DNA of 64,000 nucleotides from Lepidodermella squamata. Taxonomy: Eukaryota; Animalia; Gastrotricha. A program made the position numbers and the translations under genes. The notes below the pieces were generated by a model. The model saw only the letters and a program-made list of their open reading frames with translations, was not told where the DNA came from and searched no databases. Where the stretch lies: positions 2,418,001-2,482,000 of the forward strand of contig JBLDXI010000007.1 of the NCBI GenBank assembly GCA_047495785.1, read 5' to 3'. The number at the start of each line of letters is the position of its first letter. Positions within the stretch are counted from its first letter, which is position 1. Of the stretch, positions 37,915 through 48,900 are shown piece by piece.

Positions 37915-38352
37915 ATGGTTCGGAGCTTGGCATTATCTATCCACCTTTTATCCGCTTTTCTGGTCCTGGCCAGCTCTCACAGACAAGCAGATGCGGATGC
38001 TGATGGCAAAAACATCTACGATGACGTTGAAGTACTAAGCAGCGATAATACTAACAAGCAAGGTGAAATCGTGAATTCTGACGCCGGCGAGACGCAACTG
38101 CAAGCCGACTGCAGTGGTTTGGATAACAATCAGAAATTCGTTGTCTGCTGTCATTTCAGTGCGGATAAATTGGTCAAGTGTTGGCTAGAGGACCGCAAGA
38201 CTTCGGACAAAACCTCAGCTGAATCAAGCGAATCCATGTCAACGACTACGAAGAGGACCACGCCAAGAAGGATTACTACTGCCACAAAATTTCAATCGAC
38301 GTCTAGAAAAGCTAAAACTACGACAAATGAAAATTACTATAATTATGAGTGA
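37915..38352 (+). CDS. Small secreted protein family member A1 (145 aa)
   Basis: Signal peptide; TQLQADC..QKFVVCCHF core; Thr/Arg-rich tail; TATAAAA ~60 bp upstream; intact in duplicate. Confidence 0.75.
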   Translation: MVRSLALSIHLLSAFLVLASSHRQADADADGKNIYDDVEVLSSDNTNKQGEIVNSDAGETQLQADCSGLDNNQKFVVCCHFSADKLVKCWLEDRKTSDKTSAESSESMSTTTKRTTPRRITTATKFQSTSRKAKTTTNENYYNYE

Positions 38353-39051
38353 TTAGGCTTTTCCCATGTTCGATGATGAATGACGGCTGTGAATTCCATA
38401 GATGAATAATAAACGCATAACAAAAATCCCAAGAATTCGTTTCATGAATGCGATTTTAGTTCACTATGTTTGAAGAGGGCGCCAACAATTCGTTAAATAT
38501 ACATTAGACGGCTGAAAAGGTACCTGGAACTTTCCTAAATATTCTTTGCCCGCTTTCACAGCACAACAGCCTTCGGTTTGATCGGCCTAAAGAGGATACT
38601 TTTTGTTAGACTCTATGCCCCACAACCGGCCGAGGGGGAAATCAGACATCAAATTACAGTGAAACCTCAAAACTCACAATGAAAATAAGGCTCAAAAATT
38701 ACCCGCAAATATTCCAACCTCCAACCTAATCCAAACACGTTTTCGATCGCTTAAAAACAGTAAAATCATAAAATCACCTTATACACCTGTTTATGCACAA
38801 ATTTCTGAATAAAACTATGATTTTAACCCTGAGAATTATGGTTTTGTCCAATGGTATTCTAAATTCCATTGGGCGAAGGTCTACCGAAATCGGATCTCAT
38901 TTCAGACATGTATTAAGCTGTTTTGATGGCAGCTGAGTGCAAAGAAATGAAATTGCACGTTTTATAAAAAAAAATCGCTCATTCACGCGATGCATAATGA
39001 TAGCAATGGCATGGAGTTATCAAGGGTTACATAATATTTCAGTTCTTGAAA

Positions 39052-39516
39052 ATGGAATTCACCATTCAACGGCATTCAACATTATCTCCTCTCTATGTCT
39101 TATCAGCTAGTTTGATTCTTATTGGCGGCGTTCAATCAGCGGACGACAATATATACAACGGGGGAATGCCGGAAACGAGCAAATTTGATGGAGCTGACTG
39201 GTATGACCTTGACAGCAGTGAAATAAGCAATACTACCAGGCAAGGTGATTCTACGACACAACTGCAAGTCGATTGTAATAGTTTGAATAACAGTCAGAAA
39301 TTCAATGTCTGCTGTCATTTCAGAGCCGAAAAAATGGATCACATGGCCCGAAATGCCTCTGACGCTCAATCAAGTGAATCTATGACGAATGGAGCATCGG
39401 CAACGAAGAGGACCACGCCGAGGACTCGAAGGAGGATTACAACCACAGCGGACTCTCGATCAACGTCTAGGAAAGCTAAAACTACGACGCTTGACAGCGA
39501 TTATTCGTTGGACTGA
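39052..39516 (+). CDS. Small secreted protein family member B1 (154 aa)
   Basis: Hydrophobic N-terminus; TQLQVDC..QKFNVCCHF core and KRTTPR..SRKAKTTT tail shared with A1. Confidence 0.75.
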   Translation: MEFTIQRHSTLSPLYVLSASLILIGGVQSADDNIYNGGMPETSKFDGADWYDLDSSEISNTTRQGDSTTQLQVDCNSLNNSQKFNVCCHFRAEKMDHMARNASDAQSSESMTNGASATKRTTPRTRRRITTTADSRSTSRKAKTTTLDSDYSLD

Positions 39517-39797
39517 TTTTTGGGCTGTTCAATAATCCTTAATAGGAAATTTTGTAGCTATATATTCCGAAAATACCTGATAAACATCAGGAAATATTTT
39601 GAAGTTTTTTTTCATAACAATGCTTTCGGTCAGTTCCAGTTCGCTTCAAAAATTTGCCCGAAAATGTGTAATTCGCGGAGAATTTAAAAAAAAAATAAAG
39701 AGAATATTGATCAATTTATTTCAGTTGCAAAAAATATGTTAGATGAATGGGCGCGCGCCTGTTTCTCTTCGAAATCGTAGTATTTTAAGATTTTTCA

Positions 39798-40087
39798 ATG
39801 CAAATTTTACGAGGCATGATTTCTATGGTTCGATTATCGAAAGTCGTACCTTTCGTCATACTCTTATTAATTATCGGCCTGTTTTCTATCCATCCTCTTA
39901 ATCTAAATATTCAAGGTCAAAATCAAGCAATATTGTTCGGAGCTCGACACCTCATGACTTTCAGAAGCCGGAGCTTAAAAAATGAATCGATCAATCGCGA
40001 AGCTCTTACGAACATTACTGTATCCGACTACCTACTCAGAGATGGCAATGATGGTTTTGACGCGAATTCAAGTTATGAAGCGGTGAA
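39798..40087 (+). pseudogene. Truncated 5' fragment of the fucosyltransferase-like gene
   Basis: Matches 62979-63270 then homology ends at the duplication junction; no catalytic region. Confidence 0.7.
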
Positions 40088-41184
40088 TTCCCTTTTCATC
40101 ATTGGGATGAAAGTTCGAATATTCAATGAGTTCCTGAACTACCAACAGTATTTATCGGATTTATCTGCAATTTTTCAATTTATTATTTATTTATTTTTGC
40201 ATAAATCTGCAATTTAGTTTTACATTAATTCTGATAATTTTTAATTCAATTTAAATGGCGATGTTAAGTATTTCCAATTTTTCCGAACTTTTAGCTTCAG
40301 GAAATGTTTGCCTACTAGCATGAAAAATTAATTTAAGAGGGCTTTTTAAAGGTTATTTATAGTTTTATTTTTAATCCTCGCCCATTGCCAATTTTTCGGT
40401 AATTTTTCGAAAAATTGTCCGCGTGTCCGTGTAAGTTGCATTTTTGATGCGCATTTCACTTTATAAGTTGCCCTAGATCAAGAATATTGCCGGCGAGCGG
40501 TGTTATGATAATTGTAATCACTCAATAAAAATCGATTGCTTGCCGCGAACGGGGATTAAACAAATAAAGACTGAGACACTGGATCTGCGTCATTGCACAT
40601 TCCGCGCTTGTAAATATAAATACTCACCTATCTCAAGATGATATTTGCGGCAATCAGAGAAATATGTCTTATCTATATATTAGCAATTTTATCGATTTGG
40701 ACCCACTATCAAGTATAGATTCATTTAATTTGGGTGTTCTAGATTTCTTACTATCGCGCATTTGAGAGCCACTTCCGCTAATTTTCAGGAAATGAGATGT
40801 CATATGATCTTTACCGTCATGCTTCCTGTTTATACTAGGTCAAATGACATAATCACATTCCAATACTATTTAGGCCGTTATTATAGGTCACAAATCCCAA
40901 AAGTGATTAGTTTTAATTTCCGAAATTTTAGTAAAATTCTTAATAAATTTTATGCTGATTAGGGATGCGAGAACGAATTGGTCATCACCTTTCCCCCTTG
41001 AATCCTAGATCATCGAAAATCGAAACCAATGTCTCCATGCGTTGTGATTTTATTTGTTATTTCAGGTGACACTCTTAAGGAGTTGGTTAATTATTAACGA
41101 ACAACGTCGCAAATTTTATTCCGCAAAGATTCCAATCACATTCAGTTACAGCATAATCCAGAAAATTTCTGCATTTAGTCAACG

Positions 41185-42305
41185 ATGAACGAAGGAAGAA
41201 TTGCTGTCACGTGCCAACCGGGTTGGGGTGGTTCCGACTGCTCGGATGGTTAGATAATTTCAATATTTTTTAAATATTTTTTTCGCGTTTAGAAATGTTG
41301 GAGGTGTAATTGATCGAAGCCTCCCAAGAGGCTGTTTGCTAAATTTTTTGAGACAAAGGTTACCATGTGACTCGCTGCGCTTTAGTTTTTCATAAACTAA
41401 CGCGCTGGCGGGAATATAATCGGACATAGTAGCATAGCTTGTTTGGCCTATAAAATGTTTATCCTATCGCTGGGGGTAACTCATTATTCAGCCAATTATA
41501 GCCGAAGTGACTAACCATGGTCCCGAGGGATTAAAGTTAAAACGGACATTTGCATATAGGATTCGGCACATTATGAGATGCGAAGCTAGCTTGTTATCTT
41601 TTGCGCAACTTAATTTACGAGATTTTTTTTCAAATTTCAGCTAATGGACAACATTTTCACATGTTAGTCGCCAAATTTGATATTAATTAAAAAAAAAATT
41701 CAAGTAAATTTTAATTTTTACCAAAAAATGAAGACTCTAAAATTTGGCCAAATGTGAAATTTCGAAATATTAAATTTTTATTCTCAATAAAGATCAGTTT
41801 CGATTTAAAATTTAAAATTCTTTAAAATTGTCTAAATTTCATTCCTTAATTTAAAATTTCTCAAATTTCATTTCACATTTTAAATCTCTTAAATTTTATT
41901 AAATGTCTTTTCCTTATTACAGCAGTCTGCAATCCAAAATGTAAGGACGGCGACGTGTGTATCGCCCCAGACACCTGCTCTTCGAAAATCGACATCCCCG
42001 AAGCTAATGGCGTATCGAGATGCCGGCATTTCTTCGTCGCTGATTCGGCTCTGGAAGAAAATCACGCGCTCGAAGATCACCTGATACAACTACCTAGATT
42101 ATCTAGCAGCCAGGTGGCCACTCTAGTGCTGATCTGTGTCGCCAGTTTGTCTATCCTCTTCATCTGTTCCTTACTAGTTTACGCCACGAAACGAAGCGCT
42201 GAGCATTACATGAAGAGAGTAGCGGCGGCTGATAGAAAATCAATCTCGTCATCGAAAAAACTGGTGATTCAAGATAATGCGCGGCTTAGCATGGATGAAG
42301 CCTAA
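41185..42305 (+). CDS. EGF/NIM-repeat-like membrane protein, copy 2
   Basis: TCQPGWGGSDCSDAVCNPKCKDGDVCIAPDTC + TM; mostly synonymous differences from copy 1. Confidence 0.65.
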
Positions 42306-42965
42306 ATTGGTATCCAAAAACTTTCCAAGCACGACGTGCTCTATCAAAAATGTCCGGCTTCATTTTGCTGCCCAGATTTTTTGTTAAAGAATAAAGATGA
42401 GTCATTTATTTGATTTTTTTCTCCAATTTCCAATATAAAAAACTAGCAAGGTGGCGACTGGAAGATACTATATCGATCGATTATCGAAATGAACTAAACT
42501 GCGCGATGTTTGCGCAGCGTGCAGGTTTTGTTTTTGCGAGTTTTTTCCTGCCGTGCCTAAGGGGACGCCTTTGCACCAACGCCTGGCGACTGATTATTGT
42601 GTGACCGCAGCTGCTGCTGCTGCTGCTGCTGCTGCGTCGCAAAAAGACGATGCGAAGCTGCACCGAATCAGTCTGAAGGCTGATAATGGCTCTCTTGCGG
42701 GTTGAGACTATTACCAACAATAAACAGAGATAACAAGCTACCCTGGTAATTTTATTATCGCTGATCTCTACCAGAAAAACAAAGGAATTTTCATGCGCAT
42801 TCTAAAATGGTCAAATAAAAATTCCTCCTTAAAAAAATATAATTTATTCCGTTTTTTTTAATTACTTTGTTCCCCATGTTTTGTCTGTTTTTATCGTCTT
42901 TAGATATTATGAAAGAACAGATTTGACATCTTGCAGAAAATTGGCAGCAATTATTGCGGGTCGGC

Positions 42966-45900
42966 ATGTCATTAACCTGCGATAGAACAAATGCGTCGTG
43001 CCCTACTTTCAACGTGACCTCACACGATTATGACAACACTCTAATTATTGCTTTCGAGTGCATCTTCGTCGCTCTTTCTCTACTAGCGAGTATTTACGCC
43101 CGTTTCGCTGACCAGGATGACCGGAAAAAAGTTGAAGCCGTTGAATTATTGCCGTAATTATTGCATAAAATCGCTCTAATTTCAGTGGAGTTTTATGCCG
43201 CTTATCAACAATGAATCGCATCAAAAGTTGGAATACAAAATTTCGATTTTCTGCTCCGGTGTTCGATCCGGTCACCTGGGTCCGAAAATTTCTATCCGCC
43301 TGCTCGGTGAAATTTGCGATACAACATGGCGCCAATTGGACGATGGCATTCGAAAGGTTTTATCTCCAAATCCCTTCCGAAATTGAATTTACTTTCTTCT
43401 ATAGTCATTCGATGGGTCGTCGAAAGTAGAAAATTTCAGTCTGAGAACATTCACACCACTCGGTCGGATAAATACGGTTGAGGTGAATGTAGGGTGTCAG
43501 CTCGAGCCTCGACTCAACGATGTCCCTTATTCGATTTACATCGACCGCATTGTTGTCACGGACGTTGAGGAAAGTAACAGGTAAAAATTAATAAAAAATT
43601 GAATTTCTGTCATTAATTTCATTAATTCAGATTCGTGTTCTTTGCCAAGTCCCGAATTGTTAATGGCGGCTTGAATAAATGTTTCCAGCTGGCCTCGAAA
43701 AAAGAATTCGAGAGCTTCTTACTATTGTTAAGCGATTACTTCACAACTTGGCTATTTCAAAGCCATTCTTGGATCTCGGCTTTTCAGGTAAAAAATCATT
43801 TCAACTTGAGGTGCTTCGAACAACATTTTGTTCCGCAGAGATGTTTTCCTGATAGTTTGTTGAAAATGCATCGAATCGCCATTTTGGCCAGCGGGGTCAG
43901 CCTTGCAATAACTTCGAACGCCATTCTCGTTAACTCAGATTACAAAGACAATAGCCAACTCATATCAGCATTCTATCTTTCACTTTCCCTCGCTGTTCCT
44001 CTGTATGCAATTGAACTCGCATTCCGAACTAAGTTCTGGCTGGCTTCATGGGCGGGTATATCATGAGATTCGTCAATATTTATTGTAAAAAAAGCATTAT
44101 TTGTTAGCATTTGCTGCCGGCTTTTCATCTGCCTCGTACCATGTCACTGTGTCTAGCTTGTCCTGGACGTCAGAAAATTCTAAACAATGGCTATATTTCA
44201 TGCTGCTGTATCTTGTTTTCGATGTTTTCGTCGTTCAGCTGTTGAAGGGAACCCTCATCGCAGTTGTTAATTCGGCGTTGGGCCGGCTACCTGGCGATGA
44301 ATCACCCTGGAAGTACGAGACAATTGTCAATGATGGAATTCTTATTACAGATATTGGTCTCGCCGAAAGCCAGGACTGCGAATCAACCAACAGTAATTCA
44401 AATTTTACTTTCAATTTTTTTGAGAATCTTCCCATAAATTAGGCTTTTCTAGGTTTTCTGATTCCATTTTTTGTTTCAAAGTTTTTTGCGGCATAGACAT
44501 TTCTATCTTCCCATTTTAGTGCGTTTGGCGACGTGGCCTTACCTGTGTTCATGACTGAGCAAAATAGGAACAGTGCGGGCTAAGAAGCTGCTCGTGATCT
44601 ACAGGGTGTTCTTTTTAAAACCGAACATCTTGGCGCCGACGTAGTAGGCCTTCAAAACATGCAAATTTAAGCCCTGTAATTTTATAAAAAATATTTTTTT
44701 CACTGTATGAATAAAATTTAATGATAAATATTGGAAAGCGTTGTTTGACCTTCATCACACGTCTCTAACGGTTCCCGTGGTGGCAGCGTCCTTCGTTGGC
44801 CCATGACAAGTCACTCCGCTCGCTGTGTCAAATCCTGCTGCTGTTTCAAATGGCCGCTATGTACTCTCCTCAATCGCTCTGATTTTGCGAGCAATGGCTA
44901 GGCTAATTGCTCTTCTGTTATTGGAAACTATGCTTACATAGAATATATTTCATAGAATGCAACTTACAAAAGATCAGCGAATTTTTGTCGTTCAGTTTCT
45001 CGGCAACAAAGAAACTCGAATTCCCTACAGAGTATTCTCGGAAAAGTTTATGCAAAGGTTTCATCGCAAGGCACCCAGTCGTTCCAGTATATGGCAACTA
45101 GTAAAAAAGTTTACATCTGCAGGCTCCGTCCTCAACGCCAAACGCGAAAGGCGCTCAACCGTGCGTACGGATACACTTAAACTTCTCATTGCCCTTGAAT
45201 TCATGGAAAGACCGAGATTGTCGTTACGCCGAGCAACGTTACTTCTTTCTCTGTGTAAATCTGTCATATGGACTGTTTTGCGAAAGGACTTGAAGTGGAA
45301 AGCATATCGTACGAGAAGAGTGCAACGACTGCTTCAAAAAGATTACACGCCTCGTTTAATATTCACCAAGACTTTGTTGCGAATACACGAGAAGGATCCT
45401 GAGTTCCTTAAGAATATTTTCTGGACTGATGAGGCAATATTTCGTTTAGATGGTAATGTCAACACTCGAAATACGGTCTATTGGGGCGAATCGAATCCCC
45501 ACGATGTCTACGAACAACCCTTGCACTCCCAGCAGGTACATGTCTGGGCAGGTTTATGGTCTGGTGGTGTCGTCGGTCCATTCTTTTTTGACTCTAAGAA
45601 AAATTCCCGGCAGGTAAGTTCCGCGAAAGGTAAGAAAAAGCAGTCGGGTTCTCAGAAAAGCACGAAAGGTAAGAAAAAGCAATCGAGTTCTCAGAAAAGT
45701 GTTGCGCAAAAAAACAAAAAAACGAAAGCTAAAGCTATTCTTAGAAAAGCTTCCGAGGCGATTCGAAAGAAAGCGCTAAAAAGTACGACCAAACGCCGAG
45801 CTCCAAGGCCAGAAACTAAAGGAGTTGGAGAAGCATCGTAAGTTGTTGAAAACCGAACTTTAATCCCGTATATTTCTTTTATGTTAACAAGTTTCTTGAG

Positions 45901-48900
45901 AATGTTGGAGCAAGAAATCTGGCCCGAGTATGTGAGGCTTGTTCCGCAAAGTTCAAAGAATCATTTTCAGCTTGATGGAGCGCCATCGCATCGCTCGCAG
46001 CTTGTGGTAGACTGGCTTGATGAGAAATTTGGAGAACGCTGGATCGGTAACGGAGGAACTGGGTGGCTGAGATGGCCACCAAGGTCAGTTGAAGGCTTCA
46101 GTGAACATATTTTTCCTTAACATACTATGTACCGTAGGTCCCCCGACTTGACTCCTCTCGATTTCTCATTTTGGGGATATTTGAAAGCTAAAGTTTACGC
46201 CAGAATGCCAAAAAGCCTCGATGAACTAAAGAAATGTATCATTGAGGAAAGCCATGCAATGCCACCCGATTATTTCCAAAAGATTTGCGTCAATGAAATG
46301 ATACGGCGATCGGAAGCTTGCATCGAAGCCAAAGGGAGACAGTTTGAACATCTCGTGTAATGCTAATTTTACTCATATCTACCGCTCTTTGTTGTTGTTT
46401 GTTTTTTAGCATTGCGATGTTTCTTGTCATTTCTCGGTGTTTGTCACGCGATCTGCGAGTGACCAGTCTTGAAAATCGTAAACTAGCTCGAGCAGCAAAG
46501 GCGCATTTCAGCAAGAATGTTATCTAGTCCTGACTTTATATTTTACTGTGACGTCGTCGTTGTGATTCTTTGCGCATTCTCTTATTAAACAAAGTTAATT
46601 ATCGGATTATTGTGAATTATGTTTTTGTAGAAAACATAGATGCTGGAGAGGCTAATTCTCATTTTACCCATGTTCTTAATGGGAGTTTTAGGATTCAACA
46701 AAACGTCGGAGTGTCCTCAAGATCTTGCACAATGGCCTCTGAACAGCCCGCTCATGAAACAATGCATTTCTTATTGGAGCTTCCTTATTCGCACCTTCGG
46801 TTGCCGGAGTGGTGTTTGGTTGGACGGTACCACCTGGAGTGAAGTTGTCTCGAAATTGGTCGGCTGCGTAAGCGATTTACGACGAGACGTCATCCCAACC
46901 AGAAACGCGGATCAATTTTGCCAGATTCCGGCTGCTCTTGAAAATCAGTCATGCAAATCAGCGTTGCGCACTGATTTCGTATTAATACTCAGGGTTGGAA
47001 CAACTGTGAGTTTCTTTGCAAATCAAACCGTACCAAAGCCTAAGTTCTGGGTGATTAGGGTTGCTTCTTTGGAAACGAAGATTTTCTGAAAGTTCACGAA
47101 GGACAGCAGGTAAATAATTGATCTACTATTGATCTTCGTCATCTATTTTGTTAAACTTAGTTTTCAACGATGGCGGTCTCTGTTCCACTCGGATATTTGC
47201 GTACCCGATATCCCGGCGAAGGTGGTAGCATTTTCTGGTGAGTATTTCGAAATTTGTCTTACACTAGTGTTCTATCTTATTTATGTCTAGGGAAATTTCA
47301 TCCGCCCGCGTTATTAATTTCTGCCAGTTGCAATTTCGTCGCATCCGTTTTTTCTTATATTCGTATTTCTTTAAAATGTCCTGTTTACTAATTGCGACTG
47401 CTATATTCGTTTGGCGTTGCATGGTAGTCTTGTTCAAATAAAGCGAAGTCGTTTTCAAGGAGACAGTTTTATTTTATTGATAATTATTACGACAGCAAGG
47501 CTAAGTACAAAATGCCACGACGATGAGATCAACAATGAGATCAAACGCACTTTTTGACTGAACAATAATTTAAAACCATATCCAGAACCAGTATGGTAAA
47601 TAAGCGAGCATTGCGAAATATATCGAGAACACAAATAATTTGAGTGAGCGGCATAACCAACAACATATACGCCGATGATACTCATCTAGAAGAACGATTT
47701 TCATAAATGAGCACATGTGGAAAAGATAAATTTTTTTCGCGAATATCTTTGGTGTTAAAGCGATAAAACGATATAAAAATAACAAGCGGCGCAGCGTGAA
47801 CATTTTAGGAACAAATTGGCAGTGGTAGCCATAGGTAACAATCATCTCAACCGACGCACAGCATGTAATAAATTGAATTTTTCGTTTATCCGAATGTCGA
47901 ATTAGGAGACTTCCGACCAAGTACAACGCGTAGGGCAAATATTGCAAACTCGTAGACAAGTCCTCACGAACTGATAGTGGCAAAGTTACGATCACCACAA
48001 TCACAATATTCGGTTGTGCAATTGTTCTTCCAATTGACGTTCTTGCAGCGATTGAAAACAGAACCAGATTTAACATGATGCGATAAATCGTTAACCCGTC
48101 AATTTCACCGACTAAAAACGCAAAATCGTAAGACATCTATTTCACTCAAAACACATTTATTTTATTCAAAAAATTACAATAACAACTCATAATAAGGATG
48201 AGAAGAATGAGGTGAAAACGAGATCATTGAATAATGAAGCAATAAATTATACCATAGATAATAGAAATAAGATTTGCGCCGGCACCTCGGCGCCGGCGAA
48301 AAAACCGGCGCCCGCGCACCTGGCCGCCAACGAATTATTGCACAATTACACATATGCGCGCGGCAGTTGCGACAGAGCGCGACGCCGATTACGCTCACAA
48401 AACGCACAAGACACGCGCACACTGTTATTATGTTACAACTGAAACAATTTTCAAAATTTTAACAACAAATTTAATACCAAATGATAATGACCAAGCCAGG
48501 CGAGGAACCAGTAGCGAAACAGATGGCGCTAATTCCTTAACTTGTAGCGTCCGTTAGTCTTCCGCGCCTGCTCTGGCAGATGGAAATAGCTTTTCAATTT
48601 TGCGAAAAAACCGTTCATCGAATAATGATTGAAATTAGCGTACAAGAATAAGAATACCCATCGTACAAAGCATGACACGCTGTGAGCATTAATACCAAAA
48701 GGTTCAAAAAATATACTAAGTTCGATTTGAGTCTCAAACAGCGCGTCAACAATAATTTCCAGAAATGCACTGGCTAACACATGAACGAGGCCTGTTGATT
48801 TTTTGCCGTATCGAATAAATTTATAAGCCAATATGATCAAATATGGAATAAATTGGAAAGATTTAAAGGACCCATGGCAGCATGACAACGGTAGAATTTG

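Larger units (their letters stand above)
36957..40087 (+). repeat. Segmental duplication block Y', truncated at both ends (pairs with ~57945-63270)
   Basis: Near-identical colinear sequence; begins inside the LAMP last exon and ends inside fucosyltransferase-like exon 1. Confidence 0.9.
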
